43,559 nucleotides of DNA from Clostridiaceae bacterium (GTDB taxonomy: Bacteria > Bacillota > Clostridia > UBA1212 > DUPL01), in the NCBI GenBank assembly GCA_012522035.1, contig JAAYLF010000063.1, forward strand, positions 1 to 43,559, read 5' to 3'. The notes under the pieces were generated by a model. The model ran no database searches. It saw only the letters and a program-made list of their open reading frames with translations, and was not told the DNA's origin. Below, one piece after another: positions 7,935 through 15,690 of this stretch. Both the position numbers and the translations under genes were made by a program. Numbering within the stretch: the stretch's first letter is position 1; every line of letters begins with the position of its first letter.

Positions 7935-9509
7935 ATGCTGGACAGATCTCTTAATAATTGCGAGATTGTTTCAAACGTCAATATGGAGAGAAAAGAAGAC
8001 TTTGAATTTCTTTGCAACCATATTGTCCTGTGCATAAAAACCAACAACAAGCCAAACAGACTGTATACAAACTTTGTAAATACCCAGATGGGGAATGTAA
8101 AGCAAAAAGAGAAAGTGGATGAAAAGGAAGCCCCAATGAGGCATGCAGGTTTTCCGGAAAAGGACGGCTTTCTTTCAGACGGACAAAGGAATGTAATAAA
8201 CAACTTGAACTTCATGAAAAACGGAGAGTTTTTCTCAGTCAAATACTCAAATACCAAGGCAAAACTTTCCACCATCAAAACCATGGTTTTGAACAACCTG
8301 ATTCAATCTGCGCTCGAAAGCGGACCTGCCCCTATCACAGTCTATGCAGGCAGTGAGGAAACCATAAAAGAATTGCTTGCATATATGAACATGCAGGATG
8401 AGAAGGAAACACTGTGCAAAAGGTGGTTGGAAGGTATAAATTCCCTTGCCACATACGTAAACGACAATTACAGCTCCAATGAATTCCTGGCAATTACAAA
8501 GGACGGAAAAGGCTTTATATCAAAAAAGGACGAAATGGTCGCCATTGACGACATGAAGCAGAAGTTCATGTATTACTGCTTCCTTCTTTTCAACAGGAAC
8601 TTTACCGATCAGACCACATGCCGCGACATGCTTCAAACAAGGCTTGTTCTTCTGGAGGATGCAAAGAAAAGAATTATTGAAGCTTCTCAAAATCTGAATT
8701 TTGCCAAATCACCACAGGAACTCAAACAGAAACTCGAAGAAGACATTTCCAAGTTTGCCGAAAAGGAAAGACAGTTGGAAAATAGACTAAATGAATGGAA
8801 AGAATATTTCCACACTCTTCCAAAAGGACTTAAATTCCTCATAAGGAAAAAGATTCAGGAGAAATTTGAAAGTTTTGTGCAGGAGGAAGAAAGAAACATC
8901 TTCACGCCCGATTCTTCCTATGATGATGTGGAAAAACACTACAATGACAAAATTCAGAATGTGAAAAATGAAATTGAGGACTACAAGAAAAACAACAAAT
9001 ATGCTTTTGATGTTTTTGATGCCCTTGAAGCATTGAAAAACCTTGGAGTGGACCTGGAAGAAAGATTGACAAGTCTGAACTTGGATAATGTAATCAAAAT
9101 TCTTGACAGCACCGTCCGTTATTACCAGGTATGGTATGCCCTCCATTATTACGAATGCAGATGGCTTATGGGAGAATACTCATTCAAGGACGTTTACAAA
9201 CATGATGTCACAAAAGATGTTATGGAAAGAAGGTACCGCCGCCTTTCCATGATCACACCACTTCTTGTAATGAAATTTGAGGATGTCCCATACAATTTCT
9301 ATGCCTATGTGTCGGAGGACAAACCCATCTCCCCCATTACCGACTTTATGGATTTGCTGATTGTGGACAATGCGGACAATATTCCTGCCGCAGTTGGCGC
9401 AAATGTCTTTTTCCTCTCCAAACAGGCAGTTGTCTTTGGAAAAGAGGAACAATCAAACGAAAGCCTTTTTGACGTATCGGGCAAAAGCTGTATTGCGAAT
9501 TTGGATTAA
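7935..9509 (+). CDS. Degenerate, C-terminally truncated SF1 (Upf1/DNA2-like) helicase homologue
   Basis: 524 aa. Helicase motif positions are recognisable but mutated. LSDGQRNVI is Q-motif-like. VKYSNTKAKLSTI replaces GPPGTGKTTTI. LLIVDNADN replaces IIDEAGQ. VVFGKEEQ replaces VGDxxQL. The ORF stops right after motif III, so there is no second RecA domain. Good SD and promoter. Confidence 0.6.
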   Translation: MLDRSLNNCEIVSNVNMERKEDFEFLCNHIVLCIKTNNKPNRLYTNFVNTQMGNVKQKEKVDEKEAPMRHAGFPEKDGFLSDGQRNVINNLNFMKNGEFFSVKYSNTKAKLSTIKTMVLNNLIQSALESGPAPITVYAGSEETIKELLAYMNMQDEKETLCKRWLEGINSLATYVNDNYSSNEFLAITKDGKGFISKKDEMVAIDDMKQKFMYYCFLLFNRNFTDQTTCRDMLQTRLVLLEDAKKRIIEASQNLNFAKSPQELKQKLEEDISKFAEKERQLENRLNEWKEYFHTLPKGLKFLIRKKIQEKFESFVQEEERNIFTPDSSYDDVEKHYNDKIQNVKNEIEDYKKNNKYAFDVFDALEALKNLGVDLEERLTSLNLDNVIKILDSTVRYYQVWYALHYYECRWLMGEYSFKDVYKHDVTKDVMERRYRRLSMITPLLVMKFEDVPYNFYAYVSEDKPISPITDFMDLLIVDNADNIPAAVGANVFFLSKQAVVFGKEEQSNESLFDVSGKSCIANLD

Positions 9510-10333
9510 ACTACTGCAAAAGTGGCTTCATATTCTTTTAGTTTCCAGAAAATATCGTATACACTGCTGCCAATTACCTCAAGAGTGTTCAAATCAATTG
9601 AATAAGGCATGTCCTTATTCAATTGATTCATAATCAACTTTAACAGTGTCGTCAACTCCTTGTGAAGTTTCTTGCCCACATACCACCTTTTATCCACAGG
9701 AAAGGAGTACTTGTCCGCATTTATCTTTTTTGACCTCAACCTGCTTTGAACGACACATATGGCATAAAGGTCTGCAAGCAGTACGCACCCAAGATGTTTC
9801 TTTCTAATATCCACATCAATGAACTTTATATTCTCACTTATCAATGTCTTTCTCTGGCATATCTTTTTAACATCGGGATATTCCTTGCTCATTAGTTCAT
9901 ACGCAATCATTCTTGATAAGAATGCATTCCAGAAAGCATAACCCATCATGGAGTCAATCTCAAACTCATCCACCCCTATTCTATCCCTTTCATACTCTCC
10001 TTTGTATATCGCATACACTTTGGCAAGCTCTGAATACAATGCATATGTAAAGTACTTTTCCGTTGAGTACGGTCTGTTGGTGACCAGCACATAAGCACAG
10101 TCATCATATACCAAAGACACACTCCTTAAAAAAGTTGTGCGCTCCTTCAGTTCCTCCAGGGACAATTTGTCCTCTCCCTTCACCAAACTTATCTCACTTA
10201 TCCTGTCGTGTATCAGCTCATAGTGGCAAAACTCCACAAGTATTTCATACTGCGAAAAATCAATATCGCAGTACTCGTCAAAGAACCTCTCCTTTTTAAC
10301 ATTCAAAAGATCAACAACTTCACGCTTAACCAA
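9506..10333 (-). CDS. Hypothetical protein, paralogue A of a tandem pair
   Basis: 275 aa, TTG start with GGAAGGGAG upstream. Clear similarity to the adjacent 10355-11152 product (see findings). No motif I can assign. Confidence 0.6.
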   Translation of the reverse strand: MVKREVVDLLNVKKERFFDEYCDIDFSQYEILVEFCHYELIHDRISEISLVKGEDKLSLEELKERTTFLRSVSLVYDDCAYVLVTNRPYSTEKYFTYALYSELAKVYAIYKGEYERDRIGVDEFEIDSMMGYAFWNAFLSRMIAYELMSKEYPDVKKICQRKTLISENIKFIDVDIRKKHLGCVLLADLYAICVVQSRLRSKKINADKYSFPVDKRWYVGKKLHKELTTLLKLIMNQLNKDMPYSIDLNTLEVIGSSVYDIFWKLKEYEATFAVV

Positions 10334-10354
10334 AACGTAACACTCCCTTCCTTG

Positions 10355-11152
10355 TCAAGAGCCGGTCAGACCCTTGTAGTCGAACAAGGCATCATCAAAT
10401 TTTCTCAGCTCGACTCCAAGTTTTATCAAAATCTTATCAGAAATGATATATGGTTCTTCCTTGAGGCTTTGTTCGAGCAGTATCTCGTAAATGTTGTCCG
10501 CATGCATTTTTAATCTTGCTCCAAGTATAAAGGTGTCATCAATGGGGAAAGAGATACTTCTTGCGCCAAGTTTCTTTCTCAGCATTAGAACGGAAAACAA
10601 ATCCGCCAAAGGATAAAAGCCTGTAAGCTGGTTTATTCCCACATAAGGCAGTTGGGCAAAACCTGCATTTATGTATCTGGCATCGGTACAAAGCTCCCGG
10701 ATTCTGGAAAATTCTTCTGAAAGCAGTTTGTTGGCAATAAGTTTGGTGGCGTATTCAGTCCAGAATCCGTATCCAATTAGGCAGTTTGCATTAAAGGAGA
10801 ATAGCAGAATGTCACTTCTGTTGACACAACAACTTTTCATTACATAAATTCTGGCCGTTTCCGTATATACCGCACCAGTTATATATATATCCGTCGGCTT
10901 TGGCACATCCTTTATCAATACATACGCCTTGTCCTGATAAATCAGGGTGGTGGCATTGGGCATCTGGCCTTGTTCATTCAGAGACATCAGTGTGAACAAG
11001 TCCCTTCCCTTCTTTTCAAATATGCTTTCTATCCTTTCAAGCAGCTTGTCCTCCCTGGCAATTTCAATATCCACAGGGTATTCCTTAAGAATATCGCAGG
11101 GAAACCTTGAAAGGAAGCGCTCTTTTGCACTTAGAATGGAGATTGTCTTCAT
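10355..11152 (-). CDS. Hypothetical protein, paralogue B of a tandem pair
   Basis: I prefer ATG 11152 (MKTISILSAKERF, SD AAGGAGG 9 nt upstream) over the track TTG 11185. Homologous to the 9506-10333 product. Confidence 0.6.
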   Translation of the reverse strand: MKTISILSAKERFLSRFPCDILKEYPVDIEIAREDKLLERIESIFEKKGRDLFTLMSLNEQGQMPNATTLIYQDKAYVLIKDVPKPTDIYITGAVYTETARIYVMKSCCVNRSDILLFSFNANCLIGYGFWTEYATKLIANKLLSEEFSRIRELCTDARYINAGFAQLPYVGINQLTGFYPLADLFSVLMLRKKLGARSISFPIDDTFILGARLKMHADNIYEILLEQSLKEEPYIISDKILIKLGVELRKFDDALFDYKGLTGS

Positions 11153-11183
11153 TTGGGGGAACCTCCTTGAGGGGGTAATATGC

Positions 11184-11240
11184 AAAAAAGCTCCTCACGA
11201 AATTAACACATGGCTGTATTCGTTAATCCGTATAAGGAGC
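11184..11240 (-). terminator. Intrinsic terminator-like hairpin plus U6 downstream of glpK
   Basis: The minus strand reads GCUCCU-UAU-ACGGAUUAAC...GUUAAUUUCGU-G-AGGAGC followed by UUUUUU. This is a long imperfect stem closed by a 6-bp GC-rich base. Confidence 0.55.
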
Positions 11241-11273
11241 ATTTATTATCACGTATCTATTCAGTTTGATATT

Positions 11274-11302
11274 ATTCTAATATGCCCAGGTTCATTTGTC
11301 AA
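11274..11302 (-). promoter_or_regulatory. Near-consensus sigma-A promoter hexamers (TTGACA-17-TAGAAT) between the glpK stop and the hairpin
   Basis: Minus strand TTGACA 11302-11297, 17-nt spacer, TAGAAT 11279-11274. It sits upstream of the terminator-like hairpin, so its role is ambiguous. Confidence 0.35.
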
Positions 11303-11310
11303 ATATTACT

Positions 11311-12786
11311 TCAACTTTTTGCAACAATTTCCACAGCCCATTTCCATCTATCAATCATGCTGCGTCTTTCTGCATCATCCATATTCGGTACAAACCTTCT
11401 GTCAACCTTGTATTTCCGCCTTACTTCATCCTTTGATTCAAAAAACCCAACCGTAAGACCTGCCAGCAAGGCGGCTCCAAAACCGGTGGACTCCGTCATC
11501 TTCGGCCTGACAATTTCCATATTGGTAATATCAGCCTGGAACTGCATGAGGAAGTTGTTGCTCGTAGCTCCTCCGTCCACCTTGAGGCTTGAGATGTCCA
11601 CCATGACATCCTGTTTGACTGCATCAATAACATCCATGCACTGAAACGCTATGGATTCAAGAGCGGCTCTTGCCAGGTGATATTTGTTCGTGCCCCTGGT
11701 TATGCCAAACATGGTCCCTCTGACATCCATGTTCCAGTAAGGAGCACCAAGACCTGTAAAAGCAGGAACAAATACAACACCCAAACTGTCCTGCACCTTT
11801 AAAGCATACTCTTCCGACTGGGCAGAAGTCTCAAGGATACCAAGTTCATCCCTTAGCCACTGTATGACAGAACCTCCTGTAAACACACTGCCTTCCAATG
11901 CGTACTTTTTCATGTCACCCACATCTGAGGCCAGTGTGCCAATCATGCTGCTCTCGCTTTGTATGAACTCATCACCTGTGTTTACCAGCAAAAAGCATCC
12001 TGTGCCATAGGTGTTCTTCATCTCGCCTTTTTCAAAACAGTTCTGCCCGAACAAGGAGGATTGCTGATCTCCGCTTAAGGCCGCAACGGGTATAGGATGA
12101 CCAAAACATGTCGTTTCTCCAAAAACATGCCCTGATGGACAAACCTCCGGGAGCATGCTTTTGGGAATATCAAAACTTGACAAAAGCTTTTCGTCCCACT
12201 TCATGTCCCTTATGTTAAACAGCATGGTTCTTGAGGCATTTGTGCTGTCTGTCATGTGCTTTTTTGTTAAATTGTACAAAAGCCAGGAGTCCACGGTTCC
12301 AAAAACCAAATCTCCATTTTTGGCCCTGGTATACGCACCTTCCACATTGTCAAGTATCCACTTCACCTTGGTGGCGGAAAAATATGCATCAACTATCAAG
12401 CCCGTATTCTCTTTTATATACCCAAAAAGGCCTTTGTCTTTTTTAATCTCGTCACACATAAAAGCGCTGCGCCTGCACTGCCACACAATGGCATTGTAAA
12501 CAGGCTCCCCTGTGTACCTGTCCCAGACGATTGCCGTCTCTCTTTGGTTTGTTATGCCAATGGCACAAATCTCTGAAGCGGAAACTCCCGCCTCCTTTAT
12601 GACATCATTAATTACACTGAAGGACGACTCATATATCTCCTTGGGATCATGCTCAACCCATCCCGCCTTCGGATATATCTGAGTCAGCTCTTTCTGCTTC
12701 TTGTGAATAAGATTCAAGTCCCTGTCAAAAAGAAGCGCCTTTGACGATGTGGTGCCTTGGTCAAGACTTATGACATACCTTTTCAC
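11311..12786 (-). CDS. glpK: Glycerol kinase
   Basis: 491 aa. N-terminal YVISLDQGTTSSK (FGGY kinase phosphate-1 motif), with full-length similarity to GlpK as I recall it. GTG start in a GTGA overlap with the upstream gene, SD GAGGAGG. Confidence 0.95.
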   Translation of the reverse strand: MKRYVISLDQGTTSSKALLFDRDLNLIHKKQKELTQIYPKAGWVEHDPKEIYESSFSVINDVIKEAGVSASEICAIGITNQRETAIVWDRYTGEPVYNAIVWQCRRSAFMCDEIKKDKGLFGYIKENTGLIVDAYFSATKVKWILDNVEGAYTRAKNGDLVFGTVDSWLLYNLTKKHMTDSTNASRTMLFNIRDMKWDEKLLSSFDIPKSMLPEVCPSGHVFGETTCFGHPIPVAALSGDQQSSLFGQNCFEKGEMKNTYGTGCFLLVNTGDEFIQSESSMIGTLASDVGDMKKYALEGSVFTGGSVIQWLRDELGILETSAQSEEYALKVQDSLGVVFVPAFTGLGAPYWNMDVRGTMFGITRGTNKYHLARAALESIAFQCMDVIDAVKQDVMVDISSLKVDGGATSNNFLMQFQADITNMEIVRPKMTESTGFGAALLAGLTVGFFESKDEVRRKYKVDRRFVPNMDDAERRSMIDRWKWAVEIVAKS

Positions 12787-13658
12787 CTTGCTACCTCCTC
12801 TGCAAAATCAAGAATATCCATATAAACCATCTCCCTGTTCAGTTCATTCAGAAGCTCGTGTCTGCAGTCTTCGTACAGTTTGACCCTTACATCCTTGACC
12901 TTTGCCTTCTTCATCCTCTCGACCAGCTTCAAAACCCCTTTTCCATTGTTTGAAACCGGATCCCTTTTTCCCGATACGAACAGATATTTCAAATCCTTGT
13001 CAAGGCTTTCTGCCCATTTTGAGCTGTTAACCACTTTCAAAACCTTGAACATCTCAAGATATGCTTTGGAGGTAAAAGTAAAACCGCACAAATCATCTTT
13101 GACATACTCCATAACCTTTTCATGGTCTCTTGTAAGCCAGTCGAAATCCGTCCTGACTGGCTTGAACGCTTTGTTGTACATGCCAAAACTGAGTTTTGAC
13201 AGCAGTTTGCTCTCATGTTTTTCATCCCGGAGCAAAACTTCCATTCCGGCAATAAATTTGGCAAGAGGTATCATTCCGCTTATTCCCTGGGTTCCACTGA
13301 AAACATATGCATCAAATTCCCCTTTATGCCTTGATGCAATATATTCTGCAAAAAACGAACCCATGGAATGCCCAAAGCATATTACCCTCTTGCCCTTGAA
13401 CATTTCCCGAATTCTTCTGTTAAGATCCAAAACCGCCTTGATAACATCCTCATGGCTTTTGAAATATCCCTTTTTTTCACCAACAGACCTGCCGTGTCCC
13501 GGCAGGTCAATACCACAAACCACATACCCATGAGCATTCAAAAAGGACGCAAACTCCCTGTATCTGTCAAAATGTTCCGCCATGCCATGTATGACATGCA
13601 CCACACCTTTGACATCATTCACAGGAGTATAGATATATGTTCCGCTTGCTTGATTCAT
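12783..13658 (-). CDS. Alpha/beta hydrolase, lysophospholipase / monoacylglycerol-lipase-like
   Basis: 291 aa. HGMAEH early motif, nucleophile elbow GHSMGS, and a late D...H (RDPV, CRHELL). ATGA overlap with the upstream gene. Confidence 0.8.
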   Translation of the reverse strand: MNQASGTYIYTPVNDVKGVVHVIHGMAEHFDRYREFASFLNAHGYVVCGIDLPGHGRSVGEKKGYFKSHEDVIKAVLDLNRRIREMFKGKRVICFGHSMGSFFAEYIASRHKGEFDAYVFSGTQGISGMIPLAKFIAGMEVLLRDEKHESKLLSKLSFGMYNKAFKPVRTDFDWLTRDHEKVMEYVKDDLCGFTFTSKAYLEMFKVLKVVNSSKWAESLDKDLKYLFVSGKRDPVSNNGKGVLKLVERMKKAKVKDVRVKLYEDCRHELLNELNREMVYMDILDFAEEVAR

Positions 13659-15583
13659 TTCTTGACATACTCCTTTATGTTATTGTAGTTTTCAGCAAAC
13701 TCAATCAGCGCCTTGATGTTTATTGCACTCTCCCAGGGCCTGTACTGGGTTCCGGAACACTTAAGGTCATTGTAGTATTCGCACCAAGTGTATGTCCTGT
13801 CAACCAGATTGAGAGTATCCTCGTAAATGCGCATTATTGCCCTTAGGAACACATCAAACCTTTCATCTTCCTTGTCAACAACTTTCAAAACCTCGTTCAA
13901 ACTGCCCAGAAGAAAACCAAAGTCATAACCGAGGTTTCTGTCCATGCCTGATGCGGAGGGTATTCTTCTTGTTTCAAGATATTCCAAAGATATCTCATAT
14001 ATCTCATCCATAATATCATTAATGGTGATGACGGTAGAGTTGATGAAAACAGGCAGTAGCAGAACACTTTTTAATTTGTGCACTTTCTTGTGATTCTTGA
14101 ACTCCCTTTCTCCAAGGACTTCCTTTTCAAGACAGTCCACACACAGATAAAGGGCCTCTTTGCTTTTTTCAACCCAGCCAAAATAGCCACAGTAGCCTTC
14201 ACAAACACCGTGCCTGTACATCGGTTTTTCATCGTCTGTCATTCTGTCAGGATTGTTGGTTATGAATTTTCCGTCAACAATGAAATTCCCTGCGTATAGT
14301 TTTCTGCACTCCTCCATCTTCTTTTCAATATACTGAACATCAAAGTCAATTCCCAATCTCTTGACTTCCTCTGTAAATCTTTTGGCAGAATCAATAAACA
14401 TTAGGGTTGCTTCGGAAGAGCCATCAAAAATTGCATTCCTTGGCAGTATGCCTCCTGCTATGTATGTTTCATCACCGTTGAAAGGAAGCATTCCCTTTAC
14501 AATCTGATTGATTTGCGCATCCAAAGCCCACTTTAAAAGCGGCAGAAATTCATCAAACAGTCTTCTTCTCTCAGCTTCGTCCTGGACATGTGCCAGGTAG
14601 TCAAAGAACATAAGGACAATATATCCTGTTATCTCAACATCATCGTTTTCATGTATGTGCTTTACACCCCGGATGCCCATGCCATGGGCGTTGTTTATTC
14701 TTCCTTCCCGCTTGAACTCATTGAGGAAGAAACAAAGAACAGAAAGGGCCTCTTTCTTCATCCCCAGCTTAAGCATTCCTCTCACAACACCATAATTATC
14801 CCTTACATAACACAGGTGATAGGGATATCCTGCAATAACTCCGCCTTCCTCATGCTGCTGTGTCTTTATGTTAATCACATTGGCTTCAATCGCCTTTAAA
14901 AGCGTCTCCCTCATCGGAAGGTCCTGAGGAATCAATGAATCAAAATCGGGAAGTTTTTTGAAATACTCGGTGTATCTCTCTCTTGCCTTTTTCTTTTCTT
15001 CCTCTACATTCATCTCAAAATACTTCTTCGTTTCTTCCACCGTATCAGGATAACGGCCACCGGCAACAAAGGCAATCCTTCCACTGCCATTGAGACAGAT
15101 GGTCCTTCCATCAAAAGAAACATTTTCGTCCCTTGCATTGGAAATCACTATGGAAGCGTACATGTGGTCAAATAGCGGGTATGAAAAGTATATGTATGTA
15201 CCGGAGATGATTTTCAGTTCGAAAACTTTGACATCACTCCTTCCATACCTGAAAGATACATCCTTTACCGTAACATAATCATGAACGGATATGGTGTGGA
15301 CAATATCCTTCCCTTCAATCTCCCTTGCAAAAACAGGAGACTCACAAAAGCAAAAGTCATTAATCCTGGCACCATTTACATTGTATGTGTAAAAGTTGGT
15401 ATTCGGCTCTTTTTCAATAGCTATATCATTAAAAGGATTCTTGTTATTGTCTGTTACCCGTATTTCACCAAAGGACGGCAGACTGTAGAACGGACCAAAG
15501 AACTGAAATACATCTGCGTTGTGATGATAGGTAAGAACTTTCCCATTGCCGCACGCATGTACAGAAAAACTATTTTCTTGCAT
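13655..15583 (-). CDS. Six-hairpin (alpha/alpha)6 glycoside-hydrolase-like protein (GH15-related) with a Cys4 insertion
   Basis: 642 aa. HLCYVRDNYGVV resembles the GH15-type YxxxWxRD segment and C-terminal YRPWESAINIKALIEF is typical of six-hairpin glycosidases. CX3C-X15-CX2C lies at residues 461-484. The family call is tentative. Confidence 0.5.
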   Translation of the reverse strand: MQENSFSVHACGNGKVLTYHHNADVFQFFGPFYSLPSFGEIRVTDNNKNPFNDIAIEKEPNTNFYTYNVNGARINDFCFCESPVFAREIEGKDIVHTISVHDYVTVKDVSFRYGRSDVKVFELKIISGTYIYFSYPLFDHMYASIVISNARDENVSFDGRTICLNGSGRIAFVAGGRYPDTVEETKKYFEMNVEEEKKKARERYTEYFKKLPDFDSLIPQDLPMRETLLKAIEANVINIKTQQHEEGGVIAGYPYHLCYVRDNYGVVRGMLKLGMKKEALSVLCFFLNEFKREGRINNAHGMGIRGVKHIHENDDVEITGYIVLMFFDYLAHVQDEAERRRLFDEFLPLLKWALDAQINQIVKGMLPFNGDETYIAGGILPRNAIFDGSSEATLMFIDSAKRFTEEVKRLGIDFDVQYIEKKMEECRKLYAGNFIVDGKFITNNPDRMTDDEKPMYRHGVCEGYCGYFGWVEKSKEALYLCVDCLEKEVLGEREFKNHKKVHKLKSVLLLPVFINSTVITINDIMDEIYEISLEYLETRRIPSASGMDRNLGYDFGFLLGSLNEVLKVVDKEDERFDVFLRAIMRIYEDTLNLVDRTYTWCEYYNDLKCSGTQYRPWESAINIKALIEFAENYNNIKEYVKK

Positions 15584-15690
15584 GTTATCCTCCCATACAT
15601 ATTGTTTTCCCCATTATATCACAAAACATGATACAGTTTTCATTTTTGTGCTATAATTATCATTGAAAATTTATATCAAAGGAGTTTCAC

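Noticed and set aside
7841-8296. A 151-aa minus-strand ORF spanning the divergent promoter region
   Set aside because: It overlaps the 5' end of the better-supported plus-strand gene and the promoter signals. Its product is hydrophobic and low-complexity, and there is no SD.
12880-13533. A 217-aa plus-strand ORF
   Set aside because: It is antisense to the alpha/beta hydrolase gene, which has clear catalytic motifs. The product is Ser/Leu-rich shadow sequence.
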